Shown one piece after another: positions 9,941 through 19,738 of a stretch of 64,000 bases of DNA. Each line of letters opens with the position of its first letter. The stretch's first letter is position 1. Location of the stretch: contig JBAXZI010000003.1 of the NCBI GenBank assembly GCA_041670385.1, positions 1,618 through 65,617 of the forward strand. The letters are read 5' to 3'. This DNA is from Clostridia bacterium. GTDB lineage: Bacteria; Bacillota; Clostridia; Christensenellales; DTU072. A program made the position numbers and the translations under genes. The notes under the pieces are model-generated. The model made no database searches. It was given only the letters and a program-made list of their open reading frames with translations, and was not told the DNA's origin.

Positions 9941-10309
9941 CTAAAGAACTTCTGGAGCCAAAGATATAATTTTCATATAATCTCTTTCTCTCAATTCTCT
10001 TGCGATAGGCCCAAAAATACGAGTTCCACGAGGTAATTTTTGGTTATCTATAATAACAGCAGCATTGTCATCAAATCTAATGTGACTACCGTCAGTTCTC
10101 ATAATACCTTTTCTGGTTCTTACGATAACTGCTCTAATTACATCACCTTTCTTAACGGAGCCGCCGCTAGTAGCAGATTTTACTGATGCAACAATTACAT
10201 CACCAATATTTCCGCTTCTTACATATGAACCACCCATAACTCTGATGCACATAATTTCTTTTGCTCCAGAATTGTCGGCTACTTTCAATCTTGTTTGTGG
10301 TTGTACCAT
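9941..10309 (-). CDS. rplN: 50S ribosomal protein L14
   Basis: 122 aa, [18 protein letters not shown]... Confidence 0.97.
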   Translation of the reverse strand: MVQPQTRLKVADNSGAKEIMCIRVMGGSYVRSGNIGDVIVASVKSATSGGSVKKGDVIRAVIVRTRKGIMRTDGSHIRFDDNAAVIIDNQKLPRGTRIFGPIARELRERDYMKIISLAPEVL

Positions 10310-10324
10310 TTTATCCGATTCCTC

Positions 10325-10582
10325 CTATTTAGCTTCTCTAATTACGGCACTCAATCTCCAGCACTTATCCTTAGATATAGGTCTGGTCTCGATAATTTCT
10401 ACCATATCACCAATTTTACATTGGTTTAGTTCATCGTGAGCTTTGAATTTTTTTGTTCTAGTAATATACTTTTTATATAAAGGATGTTTTACTTTACTAA
10501 CAACAGCTACCACAATGGTCTTATCCATTTTATCGCTGGTTACTAAGCCAACTCTGGTCTTCCTCAAATTTCTTTCTGCCAT
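10325..10582 (-). CDS. rpsQ: 30S ribosomal protein S17
   Basis: 85 aa, ...[18 protein letters not shown]... Confidence 0.97.
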   Translation of the reverse strand: MAERNLRKTRVGLVTSDKMDKTIVVAVVSKVKHPLYKKYITRTKKFKAHDELNQCKIGDMVEIIETRPISKDKCWRLSAVIREAK

Positions 10583-10595
10583 CTTTTATATTCTC

Positions 10596-10844
10596 CTATT
10601 TCTTTACAGCACTAGTTTTAGTGCTTTTTTTAGTCTTAGCAGGTTCAAAACTAATTCCAAGTTCACGTTGACGAAGAATGGTTTTTACTTTTGCGATATC
10701 TTTCTTGCATACTACAATAACATTGGCATTAGGAAGTTGATTTGTAGAATGTTTAAAACGTAGATTAAATAATTCTGCCTTTAACTCATTTAATTTTGCA
10801 TTGAGTTCTTGGGTATTTAATTCAAAATATGTTGTCTTTTTCAT
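10596..10844 (-). CDS. rpmC: 50S ribosomal protein L29 (about 15-20 aa basic C-terminal extension)
   Basis: 82 aa, ...ELNAKLNELKAELFNLRFKHSTNQL... Confidence 0.94.
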   Translation of the reverse strand: MKKTTYFELNTQELNAKLNELKAELFNLRFKHSTNQLPNANVIVVCKKDIAKVKTILRQRELGISFEPAKTKKSTKTSAVKK

Positions 10845-11281
10845 TATTTATCACTACCCTCCTTTGTTATCATATCTTCTTTTTTTACAAATTTACACTT
10901 AATTGGCAATTTATGAGCTGCCAAACGCAAAGCTTCTCTTGCATCTTCTTCACTTACACCAGCCATTTCAAATAAAACTCTATTAGGTTTTACTACTGCT
11001 ACCCAATATTCTGGTGAACCTTTACCACTACCCATTCTAGTTTCTGCAGGTTTTTTGGTAATTGGTTTGTGTGGGAAAATATCAATCCATACTTTACCGC
11101 CACGCTTAATATATCTAGTCATCGCAACACGGGCTGCTTCAATTTGATTAGCTGTAATCCAACTTGGTTCTGTAGCTACTAACGCGAATTCACCGTAAGC
11201 AATTACATTTCCTTTGTTGGCTTTGCCTTTCATTCTACCTCTATGTTGTTTTCTTCTTTTTACTCTTTTAGGCATTAACAT
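10844..11281 (-). CDS. rplP: 50S ribosomal protein L16
   Basis: [19 protein letters not shown]... Confidence 0.97.
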   Translation of the reverse strand: MLMPKRVKRRKQHRGRMKGKANKGNVIAYGEFALVATEPSWITANQIEAARVAMTRYIKRGGKVWIDIFPHKPITKKPAETRMGSGKGSPEYWVAVVKPNRVLFEMAGVSEEDAREALRLAAHKLPIKCKFVKKEDMITKEGSDK

Positions 11282-11283
11282 AA

Positions 11284-11943
11284 TTAGTCATTACCTCCAT
11301 TTACTTGCTTGATGAAAACTTCGCCTTTATAAATCCAAACTTTTACACCAATTATTCCATAAGTAGTTTTTGCTTCAGCAAAACCATAATCAATATCCGC
11401 TCTCAAAGTATGAAGTGGAATACTACCTTCATTGTAATGTTCACTTCTTGCTATTTCAGCTCCGTCCAAACGTCCAGAAACCATAGTTTTGATTCCCTTT
11501 GCTCCGCCTTTCATAGCTCTTGTAATACCTTGACGCATAGCTCTTCTAAATTGAATTCTCTTTTCTAAAGATTGTGCAATAGATTCTGCTACTAATTGTG
11601 CTTCAGTATCAACTTTTTTAACTTCCATTATATTAAGATTCACTACTTTGTTAACAGCTATCTTTTGAATGTCTTTTGTGATATTAGCAATATTATTTGC
11701 ATCTTTACCACCAATAGCAACACCAGGTCTACCGCAAAACATATTAACTGTTACAGTATTGGCTGCTCTTTCAATAACAATTTTAGAAATTGCTGCATTG
11801 TTATATTTACTTTTAAGACTTTCACGGATTTTGTAGTCCTCAGATATTAACTTTCCAAAATTCTTTTTTTCAGCATACCATTGACTATCCCAGCCCTTAA
11901 TAACTCCTACTCTTAAACCATGTGGATTAACTTTTTGACCCAT
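11284..11943 (-). CDS. rpsC: 30S ribosomal protein S3
   Basis: [20 protein letters not shown]... Confidence 0.97.
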   Translation of the reverse strand: MGQKVNPHGLRVGVIKGWDSQWYAEKKNFGKLISEDYKIRESLKSKYNNAAISKIVIERAANTVTVNMFCGRPGVAIGGKDANNIANITKDIQKIAVNKVVNLNIMEVKKVDTEAQLVAESIAQSLEKRIQFRRAMRQGITRAMKGGAKGIKTMVSGRLDGAEIARSEHYNEGSIPLHTLRADIDYGFAEAKTTYGIIGVKVWIYKGEVFIKQVNGGND

Positions 11944-11952
11944 TTTATCCTC

Positions 11953-12345
11953 CTACTTCTTAGCTACTGAATCTAGTATTACAGTGATGTGACTTGTACG
12001 TTTTAACAAACCACCTGCTCTACCGTGTGCCTTAGGAATAAATCTCTTTAATGTGGCACCTTGGTCTGCAAAACATTCTGCAACAAACAATTCATCAATG
12101 TTCATTCCAAGATTTGTTTCTGCATTTGCTCCAGCACTCTTAACTACTTTCAAAATAGGAAGTGAGCTTGACTTGTTTAAATTTTCTAATATATAAACTG
12201 CTTCTTTATAGCCCTTTCCACGAATTACATCTAATACTGCTCTTACTTTATAAGGAGAAATACGAATGTACTTTGCCTTAGCTCTTGGACGCCTATCAGC
12301 GTTTTCAGCTCTTTTAACAGCCTTTGCATAAATATTCTTAGCCAT
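11953..12345 (-). CDS. rplV: 50S ribosomal protein L22
   Basis: 130 aa, ...AKYIRISPYKVRAVLDVIRGK... Confidence 0.96.
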   Translation of the reverse strand: MAKNIYAKAVKRAENADRRPRAKAKYIRISPYKVRAVLDVIRGKGYKEAVYILENLNKSSSLPILKVVKSAGANAETNLGMNIDELFVAECFADQGATLKRFIPKAHGRAGGLLKRTSHITVILDSVAKK

Positions 12346-12359
12346 TACTTTACCTCCTA

Positions 12360-12635
12360 TTATTTTGAAGTGGTTTTGCTACCAGCGTGTCCCCTAAAGG
12401 TTCTGGTAGGTGCAAACTCACCTAATTTAAATCCAACCATATCCTCAGTAACATATACTGGTACATGTTTTCTACCATCGTGAACTGCAATTGTATGTCC
12501 TACAAATTCAGGATAAATAGTGGATGCTCTTGACCAAGTCTTAATTGGTCTTTTCTCACCTGACTCATTCATAGCAAGAACTTTCTTCTTTAAGCTCTCA
12601 TGTATATAAGGGCCTTTCTTTATAGATCTACTCAT
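12360..12635 (-). CDS. rpsS: 30S ribosomal protein S19
   Basis: [15 protein letters not shown]... Confidence 0.97.
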   Translation of the reverse strand: MSRSIKKGPYIHESLKKKVLAMNESGEKRPIKTWSRASTIYPEFVGHTIAVHDGRKHVPVYVTEDMVGFKLGEFAPTRTFRGHAGSKTTSK

Positions 12636-12649
12636 TTAGTTATGTCCTC

Positions 12650-13477
12650 CTAATTAATACGCTTAATGATAAACTTGCTAGAAGTCTTTTTCTTCTTACG
12701 AGTCTTATAACCAAGTGTAGGTTTACCCCAAGGTGTAACTGGTCCTGGCATTCCGATAGGACTCTTACCTTCACCACCACCATGTGGGTGATCACAAGGA
12801 TTCATAGCTACGCCTCTAACTGTTGGTCTAACGCCCATATGTCTTTTTCTTCCGGCTTTGCCTAAACTAACGATTTCGTGGTCAACATTGCCCACTTGAC
12901 CGATAGTAGCTTTGCAAGCTAATGGTACATATCTCATTTCACCACTTGGCATACGAAGAGTGGCTTTACCATTCTCTTTAGCCATTAATTGTGCACTTGT
13001 TCCAGCACTTCTAGCGATTTGACCACCATGTTTAGGTTGTAACTCAATATTATGGATTACTGTACCTACTGGAATATCGATAAGCTTCAAGCAGTTACCT
13101 GCTTTGATATCACATTCAGCTCCACTTAATACTTTGTCGCCAACTGTTAATCCCAAAGGTGCTAAGATATATCTCTTTTCGCCATCAGCATATATCAAAA
13201 GAGCAATATTTGCTGAACGATTAGGGTCATATTCTATAGAATCAACTCTTGCAGGGATATCGTCCTTATTACGCTTAAAATCGATAATACGATATTTTTG
13301 TCTATTTCCACCACCAATATGTCTTACTGTAATTCTACCTTTCGCATTTCTACCACCACTATGATTCTTACTTTCTAGTAAGCTTCTTTCTGGAGTAGTG
13401 CGAGTAACTTCTGAAAAGTCAGAAACTGTATAGAACCTACGAGCAGGACTGGTTGGTTTACTTCTCTTTATACCCAT
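12650..13477 (-). CDS. rplB: 50S ribosomal protein L2
   Basis: 275 aa, ...[19 protein letters not shown]... Confidence 0.97.
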   Translation of the reverse strand: MGIKRSKPTSPARRFYTVSDFSEVTRTTPERSLLESKNHSGGRNAKGRITVRHIGGGNRQKYRIIDFKRNKDDIPARVDSIEYDPNRSANIALLIYADGEKRYILAPLGLTVGDKVLSGAECDIKAGNCLKLIDIPVGTVIHNIELQPKHGGQIARSAGTSAQLMAKENGKATLRMPSGEMRYVPLACKATIGQVGNVDHEIVSLGKAGRKRHMGVRPTVRGVAMNPCDHPHGGGEGKSPIGMPGPVTPWGKPTLGYKTRKKKKTSSKFIIKRIN

Positions 13478-13491
13478 TGTGACCTCCTAAA

Positions 13492-13782
13492 TTATGACAA
13501 GCTTTCGAAAAATTCGATTGCTTTACTATCTTGTGTTAGTGTTACATAAGCTTTCTTATAAGAAGCCCTTCTACCAGAAGTTTTTCCCATTTTCTTAATT
13601 TTTCCACTATAATTAACAACATTTACTTTAGAAACAGTTACTTCGAATATCTTTTCTACTGCTGCCTTAATTTGAGTTTTTGTAGCATTCTTAACAACCA
13701 TAAAAGTATATTTTTTATCACCAATACCACTGTAACTTTTTTCACTCAAGACTGGCTTGATTATCACATCATAATTATTCAT
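13492..13782 (-). CDS. rplW: 50S ribosomal protein L23
   Basis: 96 aa. Operon position and ...YDVIIKPVLSEKS... Confidence 0.96.
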   Translation of the reverse strand: MNNYDVIIKPVLSEKSYSGIGDKKYTFMVVKNATKTQIKAAVEKIFEVTVSKVNVVNYSGKIKKMGKTSGRRASYKKAYVTLTQDSKAIEFFESLS

Positions 13783-14402
13783 TATTCTGCTACCTCCTCT
13801 AAGCTAGTTATAGCATCTTTAGTAATAAATACTTTACCTGCTCTAACAAGTTGGTATACGCTTACTAAGTTAATTGTCTCAACTTCAGCTTCTGCCAAAT
13901 TCTTAGTACATCTAACTACTACTTCATCATAAGCGTCAAGTACAAACAAAGCTTTCTTACCAGCGTTTAGGTTGGTACAAATTCTTGCCATTTCTTTAGT
14001 CTTAACTTCTTTGATTGCTACGCTATCCAAAACAACTAATTCATCTTGTCTAATCTTTTGGCTTAATGCACTATAGAAAGCATTAAGTTTCATTCTCTTG
14101 TTGATTTTCTTAGAGAAATCCCTAGGTTTTGGTGCGAATACAACTCCACCATGACGCCATTGTGGACTACGAGTACTACCTTGACGAGCACGGCCAGTAC
14201 CTTTTTGTCTCCAAGGTTTTATTCCACCACCACTTACTTCTGTACGAGTAAGAGCGCTTTTTGTACCTTGTCTCTTGTTTGCTAATTGAGCAGTTATTAC
14301 TTGATGAATAAGCGCTTCATTATAAGCAACCTCAAATATTTCAGGCTTTAAAGCAATTTTTCCAACTTCTTTACCTTCTATATTGTAAACTTTCAAATCC
14401 AT
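13782..14402 (-). CDS. rplD: 50S ribosomal protein L4
   Basis: 206 aa, ...SGGGIKPWRQKGTGRARQGS... Confidence 0.97.
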   Translation of the reverse strand: MDLKVYNIEGKEVGKIALKPEIFEVAYNEALIHQVITAQLANKRQGTKSALTRTEVSGGGIKPWRQKGTGRARQGSTRSPQWRHGGVVFAPKPRDFSKKINKRMKLNAFYSALSQKIRQDELVVLDSVAIKEVKTKEMARICTNLNAGKKALFVLDAYDEVVVRCTKNLAEAEVETINLVSVYQLVRAGKVFITKDAITSLEEVAE

Positions 14403-14417
14403 TTAAATATATCCTCC

Positions 14418-15035
14418 CTATGCCTTCACTTCAACTAGGCAACCTTTAGGACCAGGAATTCCGCCTTTGATTAGCAACAAGTTGCGTGCTTCGTCAACTC
14501 TGACAACTTCTAAGTTCTTAACAGTTACTCTTTCGTTACCATAATGACCTGACATATGTTTATTTTTGAAAACTCTACTTGGATCAGAAGATGAACCCAT
14601 ACTACCTACACCACGATGATAGCCACTACCATGTGCTTTAGGTCCAATATGTTGATTCCATCTATATATTGCTCCAGTAAATCCTCTACCTCTTGTTTTT
14701 CCAGCTACTACTACCATGTCACCAACTGCAAAATCTTTAACTGTTATTTTTGAACCAAGTTCAAATTTTGAACAGTCATCGAAACGGAATTCTCTCAAAA
14801 ATCTTTGAGGAACTGCATCTGCTTTTTTATAATGACTAGCAATAGGTTTGGTTACGTTCTTTATTTTAATATCGCCAAACGAAATTTGCACTGAATCATA
14901 ACCTTCTTTAGCAACTGTCTTTTTCTGAATAACGGTACAAGGACCAGCTTCAACAACAGTTACAGAAATCATATGACCATCTGCAGTAAATATTTGGCTC
15001 ATACCTAATTTTTTGCCTAAAATAGCTTTATTCAT
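14418..15035 (-). CDS. rplC: 50S ribosomal protein L3
   Basis: 205 aa, MNKAILGKKLGMSQIF... Confidence 0.97.
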   Translation of the reverse strand: MNKAILGKKLGMSQIFTADGHMISVTVVEAGPCTVIQKKTVAKEGYDSVQISFGDIKIKNVTKPIASHYKKADAVPQRFLREFRFDDCSKFELGSKITVKDFAVGDMVVVAGKTRGRGFTGAIYRWNQHIGPKAHGSGYHRGVGSMGSSSDPSRVFKNKHMSGHYGNERVTVKNLEVVRVDEARNLLLIKGGIPGPKGCLVEVKA

Positions 15036-15051
15036 TTATATCAGCCTCCTA

Positions 15052-15360
15052 TTATAATTTTATTTGGATATCTACACCGGCCGGTAAGTCTAGCTTCATT
15101 AAAGCGTCAACTGTCTTGCTTGTAGAATTGTAAATGTCAATGAGTCTCTTATGAGTCCTCAATTCGAATTGTTCTCTAGAATCTTTGTACTTATGTGGAG
15201 CACGTAAGATTGTAACAATTTCCTTCTCTGTTGGTAATGGTATTGGACCAGATATACTAGCACCAGTACGTGTTACCGCGTCAACGATTTTCATTGATGA
15301 ATTATCAATTAGTGTATGGTCATAAGCTTTTAACTTAATCCTAATCTTTTGACCTGCCAT
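15052..15360 (-). CDS. rpsJ: 30S ribosomal protein S10
   Basis: 102 aa, [15 protein letters not shown]... Confidence 0.97.
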   Translation of the reverse strand: MAGQKIRIKLKAYDHTLIDNSSMKIVDAVTRTGASISGPIPLPTEKEIVTILRAPHKYKDSREQFELRTHKRLIDIYNSTSKTVDALMKLDLPAGVDIQIKL

Positions 15361-15546
15361 TTTTTTATACCTCCTGTTTATTTAGCTAACTCGTTCACAC
15401 TCATCCGAGTGTGTCCTGCTGTCTTTTAATAAAAGGTGTGGCCAACACCTTAAATTTCAGTTAGTCGCATCGGTCATTGCCTTTGCGTAAGTCCATGGAA
15501 ACTATCCGTAATAACGGGAACCTTCCATATCTACCCTAATAACAGC
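15361..15546 (-). promoter_or_regulatory. Structured 5' leader of the S10 operon (candidate r-protein autoregulatory leader)
   Basis: About 185 nt between the predicted promoter and rpsJ. It is locally GC-rich in an AT-rich genome. Three clear hairpins: 15396-15413 (CACACUC-GGAU-GAGUGUG), 15433-15451 (AAGGUGU..ACACCUU), 15495-15528 (AUGGAA...UUCCAU with an inner CCGU/ACGG stem). Confidence 0.5.
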
Positions 15547-15552
15547 CTTTTT

Positions 15553-15581
15553 ATGTTATCACAACAATTAGATGATGTCAA
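15553..15581 (-). promoter_or_regulatory. Sigma-70-type promoter of the S10 operon (TTGACA-17 nt-TAACAT with TGn extended -10)
   Basis: Minus strand reads TTGACA TCATCTAATTGTTGTGA TAACAT. Confidence 0.6.
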
Positions 15582-15650
15582 TTAATTTTAATGGGTTTTT
15601 AAAGAAAATTAATAAAAAAGGGAAAATATTATTTTTGTATACTTTTTATA

Positions 15651-18600
15651 CTATTTTGTTATAAATGTATAAATTATATCACCATATCTTAATTTATAAG
15701 AATATGGGTCAGCTACTAATATATTTGTTTCTTTGTCAAAAACATTATTTCCTACAAAATTTACTAAGCCATTATCTCTTACTATTATTACATTGTCAAG
15801 CAAATTACATTCATAAAACGCATAATTATTTATGTCGCTAATTGTAATAGGTAAAATTATACTTTGCAAACTATCACAACTATTAAATGCGTATTCGCCT
15901 ATTGTCGTAGTATTATACAAATTTACACTAGTAAGGCTATCGCAATCCTGCAACACTTTATTAGGCAAAATACTAATACCTAATGATATAGTAGTAAGGC
16001 TGTCACAATTGCTAAATGCACCCACACCTAAAGAGGTTATGGCATCGGGTAAAGTAAATATTAATAGCTTAGAATTAGCAAATGCGTATTCGCCAATAGT
16101 AGTAACCGATGAAGGCAATGCTATATGTGTAAATCCCGCATACCTAAATGCGTTGTCAACAACATTTATCAAACTAGAATTATCCGCAAATAAAATAGTT
16201 CCGCTAAATTCTTGAAAAGCATATTCGCCTATAGAATTTACTGCACTTGGCAAAGTCAAATTCGTTATTTTATCTGCTTTACAAAATGCGTAAGGCTCTA
16301 TTATACAAGTTCCACTAGGCAAAACCAAAGTGCTTCCTTGGTAGTTATAAAACATATTTCTAGTTATCGTAGTAAAATTATCATTTAATAAAATGTCGGC
16401 TACTACTCCATCAAAACATTTCTCGCCAATACTGATTAAGGTCGTCGGCAAAGTTAATGAAGTCATATTACTCATACCCGCAAACATATTATTAGGCAAG
16501 GTAGTCCAACTACCATACAAAGTAAAAGAGTTTAATTTATAATTATTATAAGAATTGTCGCCTACATTAGTACCTATTAAATAACTCATTGTTTGTTTTG
16601 CACTACTTGCATTCGAACCGACAAAGGGTAAACTTAATGACAATAGTTCATAGCAATAATGGAAAGCTGTAGTTCCTAAATCTGTTATACTTTCACCAAA
16701 ATTTATAGTTTTCACATTTAGACAACCACTAAAAGCATTGTCCCCAATCGAGGATACACTATTAGTATAATTTATGCTTTCTAGATATTGACACCCGTTA
16801 TAGGCATTATTACTTATATTTGTTTCGTTTGTTACTACAATATTTTTTAAACTAATTGGTAATTCATTATTATTTTTACCAAAAATAGCTCCTAATGGTT
16901 CATAAGCGCCTAATACCGTCCCTAAATACGGAATTGTTACCTTATTTAATTTAGGTAAAGTATCAATATCTATAGCACCGTTTGATATACTTATCAATGT
17001 AGATGGCAAAATTAATCCTTCTAATCCCGCTTTATTCTTAATAGCGTTATTATATATTGAGGTAGTTCCCTCCATAATTTCTTCATACGGAGAACTACTT
17101 AAATAGTCTATTAATTGCGTTGAATTAATTGCATAATTAAATTTTGCGGTGTTATATATATATAAGGATATACTCTTAGGTTCTGGAGCACTATCTACCC
17201 AACTAAAATTATTACTATCCGCTAATGCAAATAAAGCAGTAACATTATGATTACCAATAGCTGAAAGAGCTTCCCCTTCTTGCGTACTAAAAGTAAGAAT
17301 ATTGTTTACATTTGTATCGCCATCAATACTAAATACAGGCTTTACTGTATTGCCCGTAAATGGCAAAAATTGGTCTTGAATTTCTATATTTGCTTTATCA
17401 ATTTCTAATGGAGTAATCGCAAGTGCTAAATCTAAATAATGATTATAATAATTGGTTGGATACGCATTATAATAACAATTATAACTAGCAATAGTAACAG
17501 TAGGAATAGTATTAGGTAAAGTCCAATAAAAGTTATTGCTTATACTGTCGTCACTTAATAAAATATAATAATTAGACAATTTCTTATTGGGTGAATATTG
17601 TCCGCCTGCGGTATGAACAGTTGGTATCTGTCCTGGTAAATAATTTATCTTTTTTATTATAAGAAAGGCTGTAAGTTGATTATTTTGCAAATTATTGTTA
17701 TTTACAAAACAATAATTACTATTAGCTATTGCAACGCCTGACATTTTATAGCTTAAAGTAGCAACAATACTATAAGTACCTGCATTTATTTGACTGTTAT
17801 TATTGGAATAAACAACTGTTACGCCCTCTGGTAAGGTGCTGGTAATTGCCATACTATGGCTACTATTAGGGTCATAATCAACACTAGTACTTTCAAATAT
17901 CACTCCACTTAAATCTACTTCTTTAGGCGTTATATTTATTTCAAAATTTCTAGTCGGAATAATATTATAATTATCACTACTATTTGTGGCACTATATGAA
18001 AATGCTGCTTTGCATGCATAAAAACCTACATCTTTAATTGTGCAAGGAATTTCACTTGGGTCGGTATAACCCATACCATCTTTGTTATAACTATAAAATA
18101 TTTTTACATCAGTAGCAAAATTAGGATATTGTTCATCAAAATTATTAAAAATAATATTATTATTTATATCTTTAATAGGATATTTCGATTCATCTTTTGC
18201 AAAAGTAATAGCATTATTATCAAATTCTACACTTTTATTATTATAAACAATCGGTAATGTTTCCCCACTAGCAAGATTAAAATAATTAGATTTACTAATA
18301 TTTATTGTATAAACTCTATCTTCAATGTCATTATAATTGCTATCGGGTTTATCTATATAGAATTTAGCTACAATAATATATTTGCCTGCATTTATAAAAG
18401 TTTTGTTTGTATTATCAATAATTCTATCTGTTGTGCCATCTCTAAAATAATATTCTATGCTAATATCTTCACTATGTTCGCCATTTACACCTGTAGGATT
18501 ATTATCTCCATCTAGATATAAATATTGAATATTATCGGTATTATTACTATTCTTTTCTACTACGATACTTTTACTTGCGTTATAAGTTAAATTGGATAAT

Positions 18601-19721
18601 TGTGTCCAATTCATATTATTAATATAATCAACTTTTTTGATTTCTAAGGTAGCAATTTGCTCGTTGTCATAGGTATAATTATTATTTACATCGTTTTCTT
18701 TTACAAGCGTAGCCCTAATTTTATAATTACCGACATTTATAAATCTTTGTTTAAGATTTTCAATAGCAATATAGTCATTTTGTGCATCGTCCCAAATAGA
18801 ATATTCTATTTTAAAGCCCTCTAATTGGTCATTAAATGCTATATATTGATAATTGCCATTATAAAAAACTGATTTATTGGCAAACCCTAAAGTTGAATAC
18901 TCGATTCTTTGTTTTTCTATAATAAGCTGTGCCGACCTGCTTGTTGGCACATAATACAAATTAGTATCAACCGAAAAAATAGCTGATGCTTTATAAGTGC
19001 CGGTGTTAGTGGCAAAATTATTTGTATAGCTTACTTGCACTTGTTGTGGCAACTCGCCCTTAACTTCCAAAACCTTTTTTGTGCCGTCATAAATAAATCT
19101 AGTTGTTTTAAATTCTATATTACCAATATCAATAATGCCCTTGTCAATAATTAGTGTTGCTTTATTATTTATATAATTTACTTTATAACCATTTGGTGCA
19201 ATTACCTCAACCGTAATTTCATAAGTACCGGGATTTACAAATCCGTCTACTTTATTATCATCACAATAGTAATTAATTTTAGTCCCGTCAGGAATTTGAG
19301 AAAGTTCTACATCAATATTTTTTAGTGTAGTATCATAATTAGTCGATATATTGCTTACCTTAATATCAATAGCACTTTTATCGACAACGATAACATTAAA
19401 ACTTACTGTTTCATCTTCGCTACTAACGACTACCTTGCCTGTCCCTCTACCTATAGCACTAACAACGTTATCGGAAATAGTAAGCACATCAAGATTTTCT
19501 ACAGCATAATTAAGTTTGCCTTTGCTTTCGCCCTCATAAGATATATAGTTATCAATTATTAATTTGCCACCTAATGGCAATTCTACCGCTTCAAACTTAA
19601 CTGTCAAATTGCGAATATTATTATCTTTACACGCAAAAAGCATACTGCAACTAAGCAATACCAAAACAATTAAGATAAATAATTTTACTATCCTATTCTT
19701 TTTCACGTATATATTATACAC
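15651..19721 (-). CDS. Large surface lipoprotein: Ig-like (Big_2-like) domain, repeated MBG/YDG-type modules, C-terminal BspA-type leucine-rich repeats
   Basis: Signal peptide plus lipobox (LFAC). Repeated ...YDGT.K... and GTYK/GNYKI modules. C-terminal repeats of the I(G/S)(E/D).AF..C..L.SI.LP type. Confidence 0.8.
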   Translation of the reverse strand: MYNIYVKKNRIVKLFILIVLVLLSCSMLFACKDNNIRNLTVKFEAVELPLGGKLIIDNYISYEGESKGKLNYAVENLDVLTISDNVVSAIGRGTGKVVVSSEDETVSFNVIVVDKSAIDIKVSNISTNYDTTLKNIDVELSQIPDGTKINYYCDDNKVDGFVNPGTYEITVEVIAPNGYKVNYINNKATLIIDKGIIDIGNIEFKTTRFIYDGTKKVLEVKGELPQQVQVSYTNNFATNTGTYKASAIFSVDTNLYYVPTSRSAQLIIEKQRIEYSTLGFANKSVFYNGNYQYIAFNDQLEGFKIEYSIWDDAQNDYIAIENLKQRFINVGNYKIRATLVKENDVNNNYTYDNEQIATLEIKKVDYINNMNWTQLSNLTYNASKSIVVEKNSNNTDNIQYLYLDGDNNPTGVNGEHSEDISIEYYFRDGTTDRIIDNTNKTFINAGKYIIVAKFYIDKPDSNYNDIEDRVYTINISKSNYFNLASGETLPIVYNNKSVEFDNNAITFAKDESKYPIKDINNNIIFNNFDEQYPNFATDVKIFYSYNKDGMGYTDPSEIPCTIKDVGFYACKAAFSYSATNSSDNYNIIPTRNFEINITPKEVDLSGVIFESTSVDYDPNSSHSMAITSTLPEGVTVVYSNNNSQINAGTYSIVATLSYKMSGVAIANSNYCFVNNNNLQNNQLTAFLIIKKINYLPGQIPTVHTAGGQYSPNKKLSNYYILLSDDSISNNFYWTLPNTIPTVTIASYNCYYNAYPTNYYNHYLDLALAITPLEIDKANIEIQDQFLPFTGNTVKPVFSIDGDTNVNNILTFSTQEGEALSAIGNHNVTALFALADSNNFSWVDSAPEPKSISLYIYNTAKFNYAINSTQLIDYLSSSPYEEIMEGTTSIYNNAIKNKAGLEGLILPSTLISISNGAIDIDTLPKLNKVTIPYLGTVLGAYEPLGAIFGKNNNELPISLKNIVVTNETNISNNAYNGCQYLESINYTNSVSSIGDNAFSGCLNVKTINFGESITDLGTTAFHYCYELLSLSLPFVGSNASSAKQTMSYLIGTNVGDNSYNNYKLNSFTLYGSWTTLPNNMFAGMSNMTSLTLPTTLISIGEKCFDGVVADILLNDNFTTITRNMFYNYQGSTLVLPSGTCIIEPYAFCKADKITNLTLPSAVNSIGEYAFQEFSGTILFADNSSLINVVDNAFRYAGFTHIALPSSVTTIGEYAFANSKLLIFTLPDAITSLGVGAFSNCDSLTTISLGISILPNKVLQDCDSLTSVNLYNTTTIGEYAFNSCDSLQSIILPITISDINNYAFYECNLLDNVIIVRDNGLVNFVGNNVFDKETNILVADPYSYKLRYGDIIYTFITK

Positions 19722-19738
19722 CCATTTTCTTTTATAGA

